25,529 bases of DNA. Source: Gammaproteobacteria bacterium. Its GTDB lineage: Bacteria; Pseudomonadota; Gammaproteobacteria; BMS3Bbin11. The stretch spans positions 1 to 25,529 of the forward strand of contig JAUVSB010000001.1 of NCBI GenBank assembly GCA_030597275.1. The letters are read 5' to 3'. The notes under the pieces were generated by a model. The model searched no databases and had not been told where the DNA came from. It worked only from the letters and a program-made list of their open reading frames with translations. A program made the translations under genes and the position numbers. Positions within the stretch are counted from its first letter, which is position 1; the number at the start of each line of letters is the position of its first letter. Shown here piece by piece: positions 19,348-25,529 of the stretch.

Positions 19348-19772
19348 TAAAACCCCGCCTTCGCATACCATTCTTTGGCCAGTTCAGGATCTTTCTCAAC
19401 GCCATTGCCTTCTTCATACATCATAGCCAGTGTAGTTTGTGAACCGGCGAGACCCTGCTCTGCCGCCAGGGTAAACCATTTAACCGCCTGTTCCATGTCT
19501 TTGTCGACACCATCGCCTTCCATATACATGAATCCCATGCCGTGCTGCGCGATAGCATGGCCATCTTCTGCGGCTTTAAGCATCCATTTAACCGCTGACT
19601 CCGGATCACGCCCTACACCCAGACCATTTTGATACATAATGGCCACTCTATGCATTGCTTCATTATTCCCTTTCTCAGCTAAAGGCGACAGAAATCGCAT
19701 TGCTGTTGAAAAATGTTTGGCTTCGAAAGCCGACATGCCACTGGTGAAATCCATGTCATCATGCTCGCTCAT
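19347..19772 (-). CDS. Sel1-like repeat protein (three repeats, no signal peptide)
   Basis: Start at ATG 19772 (MSEHDD) with a GGAG RBS upstream; 141 aa. Three repeats of the type A...(L/M)..MY..G.GV..D...A..W...AA..G. Confidence 0.9.
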   Translation of the reverse strand: MSEHDDMDFTSGMSAFEAKHFSTAMRFLSPLAEKGNNEAMHRVAIMYQNGLGVGRDPESAVKWMLKAAEDGHAIAQHGMGFMYMEGDGVDKDMEQAVKWFTLAAEQGLAGSQTTLAMMYEEGNGVEKDPELAKEWYAKAGF

Positions 19773-20073
19773 AAATCTACTCCACACTAATCCAGTTAAT
19801 CAAAAGCTTAATAATACCAGATTGTGCTAGTAGGATATGCCCAAAAGACGTATGGCCACTATGGCTAAAGTTAAAAATTAAGCTAAAAAATACAGTAAAT
19901 TTATTGATTAATTCAACACGCTTATTTCACCTTTACGGAGAAACATGAACTGGACAAAACTACTAAACTGGGCCAAAATGAGGGATTAATTATTTACCGA
20001 ATCTTGAGATGCCTTTATATAGTCATCTCAGCATTGTTTGACAAAGTATTTAAAGACATTTAGGGGACTTTAC

Positions 20074-20268
20074 ATGAACAAAGAATATTATGATGCAGTA
20101 GTCAAGATGGAAGAAATGGGTGTTGACAATGAATACATCCAGGGCTGGCAAGGCGGCTATTTGTGCAACGTCAAACGTGAAGAACAGCGTCTAACTGAAG
20201 CCTATGAAGCAGGTTATGACGATGGCCTCGAAAAAACTCAGGACAACTTTGGCAACTGGACGAATTAA
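20074..20268 (+). CDS. Alvin_2107-like sulfur globule oxidation protein
   Basis: 64 aa from the ATG at 20074, with GGGGA upstream. The pattern MNKEYYDAVVKMEEMGVDNEYIQGWQGGY..KREEQR.TEAYEAGY.DG is recognised from memory as the Alvin_2107 family. Confidence 0.8.
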   Translation: MNKEYYDAVVKMEEMGVDNEYIQGWQGGYLCNVKREEQRLTEAYEAGYDDGLEKTQDNFGNWTN

Positions 20269-20300
20269 TCTCGATTCAGCAAAACTGGGCATCAAAGAAA

Positions 20301-20333
20301 AATAAAAGGGCGCGCATTGCGCGCCCTTTTATT
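20301..20333. terminator. Bidirectional intrinsic terminator
   Basis: AATAAAAGGGCGCGC-ATT-GCGCGCCCTTTTATT is a perfect 15-bp inverted repeat with T-tracts usable on both strands, located between convergent genes. Confidence 0.9.
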
Positions 20334-20402
20334 GTCTGCGCTCTCCGCCACCGTCATCTCTAGTCTTCGATAACAAAAACTGAAATATGCCCCCTGAGCT
20401 TT

Positions 20403-20981
20403 TCAGGTTTTGTCTTTTTCCTCATCCTCATCATCCGGCAACAAATTAGCAATACCGCGCTTTAATGTCTTGATAGCATCCGGGGCCTCAATATCAATGA
20501 TTTGTGTGGTGATCCATTTCTTCTGTCGTTCACCCATCACGGCCGTAACACATTCACCGAAGTAGCGTAGCATCGGGAAGGATGGGCCACTTTCATCGCT
20601 ATAGCCAAACTTGGAGTATTCGTTCATACGTATATTTAGTGTATTGATCAGATCTGGCTTGTAAAAGCCGTTGCCGAGGAAATCTTCCATGTTGTCCTGC
20701 ATGGTTTGCGCCATTGCTTTTGCCATGGCAGAGATAAACACAGCTCGTTCCTCTTCATCCATACGGTCGTACATCATGCGGTCGGTGACATGTATCAAAA
20801 AAGCAGCAAATTCCCAGATAATTGCCAGCCGCTGCACCTGGGTGTCAGTTTGAAAATTGTTATTTTCCAGCTCAAGTACAGCCTGGGTACATATACGCCA
20901 GGCAATAAAACCTACGACGCCCGCTATCTCTTCAGGTGTACGATCACGATTTTTTGCGCTCCACTTGCTACGAATTCTCAA
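20403..20981 (-). CDS. Hypothetical protein (192 aa)
   Basis: TTG start with GAGAG upstream. Helical globular composition (MRIRSKW, PEEIAGVVGFIAWRI, IDIEAPDA) and an acidic tail. No function recognised. Confidence 0.8.
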   Translation of the reverse strand: MRIRSKWSAKNRDRTPEEIAGVVGFIAWRICTQAVLELENNNFQTDTQVQRLAIIWEFAAFLIHVTDRMMYDRMDEEERAVFISAMAKAMAQTMQDNMEDFLGNGFYKPDLINTLNIRMNEYSKFGYSDESGPSFPMLRYFGECVTAVMGERQKKWITTQIIDIEAPDAIKTLKRGIANLLPDDEDEEKDKT

Positions 20982-21068
20982 AATAGACTCTCTTGTAGGG
21001 GTTATTTCAGTATTACTGTATTCTACAATAAGTCATGTCACAGATGAGAATACTGCTACGGGTTGTGT

Positions 21069-22112
21069 ATGGAATTTAAATTATCAGAACTGCAGAGACA
21101 TGTGCAGCACAATTGCCATATATCTGATGCATCGCATGCGGGTAACTATACCCTCTGCATCTACCTGTTAAAGATGCGCGAGTACTATCGTTGGGAACAT
21201 GCTATGGGCTTTGATGACCGTATTGATAATGACAGCATCGGTAGCTGGCTGACTGAGCGTGAATCATTCTGGGAAACGCTTGAGGAAACCCCGATCAAAC
21301 CAATTAGCATTGGTGAAGAGGAATTTGAGCCGTTTGATATCGATGGCATCAACAATGCCATAGAAAAAGAGAACCTCATTTACAGTGCCGGTTATATTCT
21401 GCGTGGCAAACCACACTTTTTTCTTGCTGACATCAAACAGACACAGGATCACGATGAATATCGTATTATCGTCAGCGGCAAAGAACATGCACGTGAACTG
21501 TCTGCACCACCCGCACTGAGCCAGGGAAACACAATTTTTATCCGCAGTGAGTCTTTGCGCCGCACAGTATGGGAGAAGGTTGAGGAAAGCCTCTGGAATA
21601 AGGGACAGTCGCCCCTGGTGCGCGCCATATCCTGTTATGATTTTGAAAACGAGCTGGAACAAAGCCTGGCGCAATTGTGTGACAGAGAAATAGAAACCCT
21701 GGTTGCCCATGAGATAGGTGAAATCATGGCAGGTAAAAAGCTTGGGGATACCTGGCAGAAAATGATAAGCGCTGCTGACCATGCACCACTAGAACTGATG
21801 TTGCGCGCCATCAGGGATAACCTGGCTGATTGCATTAATACCATCCCCAATATCATCGAGAACCTGGAGCCTGCCCGCCTGCATTTTTATATTGCCAATA
21901 TTGGGCATATGCGAAAAGTTCTGTTCCCTGCTCTGCGTGAGGCCTATGACAAATGGTTAAATGATAATTCATCAGAGCACTTTGAAAAGATTGCCAGTGA
22001 AGGTGGAATACACTGGTTATCAGTGGCTAAAGATCTTCAGGAAATGTTCAGGAAAGAAGGTAAAATAGACCGGAAGCAATTTCAGGACTTCATTGAATCC
22101 CGAACCCTGTAA
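21069..22112 (+). CDS. Sfum_1244-like protein of unknown function
   Basis: ATG at 21069 (alternative TTG at 21063). The motifs VQHNCHISDASHAGNYTLCIYLLKMREYYRWE, GKPHFFLA and LVAHEIGE are recalled as typical of the Sfum_1244 family. Confidence 0.7.
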   Translation: MEFKLSELQRHVQHNCHISDASHAGNYTLCIYLLKMREYYRWEHAMGFDDRIDNDSIGSWLTERESFWETLEETPIKPISIGEEEFEPFDIDGINNAIEKENLIYSAGYILRGKPHFFLADIKQTQDHDEYRIIVSGKEHARELSAPPALSQGNTIFIRSESLRRTVWEKVEESLWNKGQSPLVRAISCYDFENELEQSLAQLCDREIETLVAHEIGEIMAGKKLGDTWQKMISAADHAPLELMLRAIRDNLADCINTIPNIIENLEPARLHFYIANIGHMRKVLFPALREAYDKWLNDNSSEHFEKIASEGGIHWLSVAKDLQEMFRKEGKIDRKQFQDFIESRTL

Positions 22113-22155
22113 GTATTTTTAACAAAGCCACCAAAATCCAGATAAAGAAATAAGC

Positions 22156-22761
22156 ATGAACGACAAACCTGCCAGCACTGAACTGAAATCAATCAGGGAA
22201 ATCATCCCTAATACTTTTATCTTTGAAAAAAAGAACGCACTACCGGATGAGCTGTGCGATGAGATGATTCGGCGCTTCGAAGCCAGCGAACAGGATCAGT
22301 ACCCCGGCCGGATTGGCCAAACGGTAAGCAGCAATCAAAGTATTAAAAAGACCACGGATCTTGTAGTGAGCGGAAAACCTGATTGGAAGGACATTGATCG
22401 TGCCCTGTTTCAGTCACTGGGCCGAGCTGTGCTTGAATTCCGGGAGAAATATAGTTACTTCAAGGGCCCCTTCAAGGACATGGGCTACAATTTGCAACGT
22501 TATTCCCCTGGCGAATATTATCACTGGCACATCGATGGTGGCAGCCATGACTTCAGTCAGCGGCAACTGGTTGCTCTCTGGTACCTGAATGATGTGGAAG
22601 GCCCTGGTGGTGAAACAGAGTTTCTATTTCAAAATGCAAAAATAAAACCTGAACAGGGAAAACTGGTGTTATTCCCCCCTTTCTGGACCCATGAGCACCG
22701 GGCCGTCAAGCTTGAGAAAGGTGTTAAGTATATTGCCACGACATGGGTTGTTTTTGCTTAA
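22156..22761 (+). CDS. 2OG-Fe(II) oxygenase (prolyl-hydroxylase-like)
   Basis: 201 aa. Facial triad HID...H (YHWHIDG, WTHEHRA), YLNDV.GPGGET.F, GKLVLFPP, and the 2OG-binding K in KYIATTW. Confidence 0.92.
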   Translation: MNDKPASTELKSIREIIPNTFIFEKKNALPDELCDEMIRRFEASEQDQYPGRIGQTVSSNQSIKKTTDLVVSGKPDWKDIDRALFQSLGRAVLEFREKYSYFKGPFKDMGYNLQRYSPGEYYHWHIDGGSHDFSQRQLVALWYLNDVEGPGGETEFLFQNAKIKPEQGKLVLFPPFWTHEHRAVKLEKGVKYIATTWVVFA

Positions 22762-22823
22762 AGCAGGTTAAAGAGGAAAGGTAAAAGGAAACCCAAAAGC
22801 AATCCTCATTTACCTATTACCTA
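22762..22823. repeat. Degenerate heptamer tracts in inverted orientation between convergent genes (possible terminator)
   Basis: The plus strand reads CAGGTTA AAGAGGA AAGGTAA AAGGAAA, then TCCTCAT TTACCTA TTACCTA, whose reverse complement is TAGGTAA TAGGTAA ATGAGGA. Confidence 0.4.
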
Positions 22824-25529
22824 AAATCCTAAAGTATCTGCGCCTAGTGTCCCATTTAGTTTCACCAGATAGTCGTCGCTTTGAACATAACTTAAGCGCT
22901 CATGCGCTGCGGTTATCTTATGTGCAATATCCAGGTCTTCTATCACATCGGCATAACCATTTTTTTCGGTAAAACTAGTCAGATAAGCTATATGCCGCTG
23001 CCAAAGCCTCGTTTCTCGATTCTGCTTGGTCTTGAGTCGTTCATGATACCAGTCTGATTGCAGCAGGTATTCACGAGTAAACATAGAACGGATATCCTGA
23101 TGCTGGATATCCTTACCCAGATATTCCCCTTCAGCCATAATATGTAGCAGAGCCTGTAATGGCGGGCAGGCATCTTCTATGCTTCCGTCATCAATATATT
23201 GCTGAGCAACTATTTTTTGCGCCTCAACAATATTGTTTATTCCATCAACGAAAACCTCCAGGCTCTGAGTTTCAGGTTTAAGTATTTCTTCAGTGAAAAC
23301 CGCATTGGGATTATCAAATATTTTACCAAGGAAGCCATGAACGAAACGATCGGTTATACGGTAGCCAAGCCGACTAGCGAGAATGGTACTACCTCCATGT
23401 TCAAAGTCTTCAAGCTGCTCCAGGTAGCCTTTTTCGATCATTACTTCAGGCTTACGCTGCTCTACAGATAAACGAGACCAAATCTCAGGTATCAACAGGC
23501 TAATGTCATGATCAACCTGTACATTTGGCCCGACATGACCCGCCGAGCTGGAGTAACCGGCGTAGCCAGTCAATATGTAGGAAACCAGCGCATTGTTCAG
23601 ATCTACTGTAGGCCGCAGGGCATTGAATGGTCCCTTGGTCAGAGCACCTTCACTGCCCGCACCGGTAGTCGATGGAGACTTACCTGTCAGGCTACAGACA
23701 AAGTCCATAAACAGTTCCGGCAACTCCTGATAATGGATGGGATTATAAACAGCTAAGGGTCGAATACCCGGCTCAGGCGGGTTGTTGCGACGACCAGTCA
23801 ATACGGCATCAACAGGATGGCAAATCGGTTGCCCCAATGGGACTTTCCGATGGAAGCGGGCACCCATTTCAGCGATATAACTTCGCACTGGATCGACCAG
23901 GTCCTGACGATCCTGAAGATATCTTGGGTTTTTACTGGGTAAACCATCAACAAGCCTTGGATGTGCCGATGAAACAACAAAACTGTCACCTTCATCATAG
24001 GCTTGCTGCAGACGTTTTTTCATTGGTGCTGAATAGTTATTAAATGTCAGTACATCCTCAACAACAGCTGCCAGATTTTCACCTTTTAATGGTTCATAGT
24101 TAGCAAGAAAATTGCCAGGCTTGGCAATATCTGATTCCGCCTGACTGTCAAAACCCGGAATGATGGCATCATCGGGGCGCTGAAATAAACGGTACTCACA
24201 ATTGCTAACCAGCTTTACGCTATGCTCCCCTTTTATGCTTTCCTGACAGCCTTCAAGGCAGCTGGGCGGTACAACAATGGAGACAGTGATATCATCTTCT
24301 TTCTGTATCTTTTCTGTGGCAATAAAGTCCTGTCTGACTTTGAAGATTCGCCATTTCCCAGCTTCATCGAAACCCATACGAAGATACGAGGCAATGATGC
24401 GCCGGTCATACAGTTTTATCTCATGGCCTGCCGCGCCATCAATTTCATCAACAGAGATATAGTCACGCCAGTTCTCACCCCAGGAATCACGATAGAAACG
24501 CTTGATGAGGAACACCAGCGCAAGGATCCTTGGTGGTATGGTCATTAACCATTCATTGTACTCATCTTTATAACTTGGCGAAGGTGTCAGTAATTTGATC
24601 ACTGAACCAAGACTTCGCTTTGGACTGACGGGCCTGCGAGAAGGATCTCTGTCTTCATCTTCAAATCCCGGTTTGAAGCGGTCACGGTAGTCTGCCCGGT
24701 ATATCTCTTCCACACGATCCAGATCAGTCTGCAAATCATCCACGAATAAAGGACCATAAATCACTGTGTCGTCGATTGATTTGGAAATTTCAGACTTGCC
24801 ACCACCTGATACTGTGCTGGGTTTGTGACAAAACGTCCCTTCAGGGTCAGTACCGATCAAACGCCAGGAAGGTGCACTGGGATGCTTATGCATCTCAACC
24901 TTGTAACCATTGGGCTGGATATAGGTCTTTCCCGGCTGCAGGCGTATAGTCCTGGTGTCACCGTCGTCTTCCCATTGTATGGTTTGCGCCTCCAGGTCCA
25001 TGCGTAAATCCTGATGAACATAGACCACCTCAGGATATTTCTTGTCAATACCATAACCCTCTGGTTGCAGATCCATTATGTGACCATAACGTTCTACAAT
25101 ATCCTGAAATTTGTAGCCTGGCTCACGTGTTACAGAGTCAACACCAAACTCAATACCATGATTTCTTCGTGGGAAAGCCAGCGCCCCACCGGCATGTTCC
25201 TCTTCGGCAAGGCCAAACAGGTTGGCTGAAAATCCAATCTGCGTTTTGACCTCTTTTTTGCAGTATCCATAATAGTTATCAGCAAGAATAGTTACGATTA
25301 CACCACTTTCATCACGTGCTGTTATTTTGAATGGCATGCCATTGTTATAAAGCTCTGCCTTCTCATGCCAGCACATGCCTTCTGCTATTTGTCGTTCATT
25401 AGCATCATCAATATGTGGCAAGCCAACAGATTTTTTTGTTAATTGAGGCAGGTGTGGAGCAAGGATGACGCAGCCGGTATGGCCCGTCCAGTGTGTTACA
25501 TCCAGTCCAGCATCAAATTCTGCCAGGAA
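22821..25529 (-). CDS. Pyrophosphate-type phosphoenolpyruvate carboxykinase (PPi-PEPCK), 5' end outside the window
   Basis: The frame stays open from 25421 to the window edge (translating FLAEFDAGLDVTHWTGHTGCVILAPHL). Motifs NYYGYCKKEVKTQ, EEEHAGGA, FCHKPSTVSGGGKSEISKS, CEYRLFQRPDDAI and SLTGKSPSTTGAGSEGALTKGPFNAL are recalled from Propionibacterium/Entamoeba PPi-PEPCK. Confidence 0.8.
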   Translation of the reverse strand, partial: FLAEFDAGLDVTHWTGHTGCVILAPHLPQLTKKSVGLPHIDDANERQIAEGMCWHEKAELYNNGMPFKITARDESGVIVTILADNYYGYCKKEVKTQIGFSANLFGLAEEEHAGGALAFPRRNHGIEFGVDSVTREPGYKFQDIVERYGHIMDLQPEGYGIDKKYPEVVYVHQDLRMDLEAQTIQWEDDGDTRTIRLQPGKTYIQPNGYKVEMHKHPSAPSWRLIGTDPEGTFCHKPSTVSGGGKSEISKSIDDTVIYGPLFVDDLQTDLDRVEEIYRADYRDRFKPGFEDEDRDPSRRPVSPKRSLGSVIKLLTPSPSYKDEYNEWLMTIPPRILALVFLIKRFYRDSWGENWRDYISVDEIDGAAGHEIKLYDRRIIASYLRMGFDEAGKWRIFKVRQDFIATEKIQKEDDITVSIVVPPSCLEGCQESIKGEHSVKLVSNCEYRLFQRPDDAIIPGFDSQAESDIAKPGNFLANYEPLKGENLAAVVEDVLTFNNYSAPMKKRLQQAYDEGDSFVVSSAHPRLVDGLPSKNPRYLQDRQDLVDPVRSYIAEMGARFHRKVPLGQPICHPVDAVLTGRRNNPPEPGIRPLAVYNPIHYQELPELFMDFVCSLTGKSPSTTGAGSEGALTKGPFNALRPTVDLNNALVSYILTGYAGYSSSAGHVGPNVQVDHDISLLIPEIWSRLSVEQRKPEVMIEKGYLEQLEDFEHGGSTILASRLGYRITDRFVHGFLGKIFDNPNAVFTEEILKPETQSLEVFVDGINNIVEAQKIVAQQYIDDGSIEDACPPLQALLHIMAEGEYLGKDIQHQDIRSMFTREYLLQSDWYHERLKTKQNRETRLWQRHIAYLTSFTEKNGYADVIEDLDIAHKITAAHERLSYVQSDDYLVKLNGTLGADTLGF

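Noticed and set aside
19904-19916. TTGA-TTAAT-TCAA palindrome resembling an FNR box
   Set aside because: It is one base too short for TTGAT-N4-ATCAA and sits in very AT-rich DNA.
20993-21055. Small palindromes in the divergent promoter (CAGTA-T-TACTG, TTGTAG/CTACAA)
   Set aside because: They are too short to distinguish from chance without comparative data.
21264-21782. 172-aa minus-strand ORF
   Set aside because: It is antisense to the Sfum_1244-like gene and has no motifs.

Overview
This is a chromosomal window from a gammaproteobacterium, most likely a sulfur oxidizer using the reverse-Dsr pathway (inferred from dsrS and an Alvin_2107-like gene). Positions 11-19772 are one long minus-strand run. 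In transcription order it reads: Sel1-repeat protein, MoxR-type AAA+ ATPase, HExxH/VWA protein, dsrS, 178-aa hypothetical, a ~160-bp palindromic MITE-like insert, cysG, cysE, iscR, iscS, iscA, hscB, hscA, fdx, iscX, mtaB, rlmN, pilW, rodZ, hisS, yfgM, bamB. Three genes normally found in these conserved clusters are absent with no room for them: iscU, ndk and ispG; cysG sits where trmJ usually is. To the right lie an Alvin_2107-like sulfur-globule oxidation gene, a 192-aa hypothetical, a Sfum_1244-like gene, a 2OG-Fe(II) oxygenase, and a 5'-truncated PPi-type PEP carboxykinase. The best candidate for an undescribed system is the translationally coupled Sel1/AAA+/metallopeptidase-VWA/DsrS operon. 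It may be an ATP-driven remodelling, metal-insertion or proteolysis module for the sulfur-oxidation machinery, and it lies upstream of siroheme, cysteine and IscU-less Fe-S supply genes. No rRNA, tRNA, CRISPR array or transposase was seen. All family assignments come from motif recognition by eye, not from database searches.
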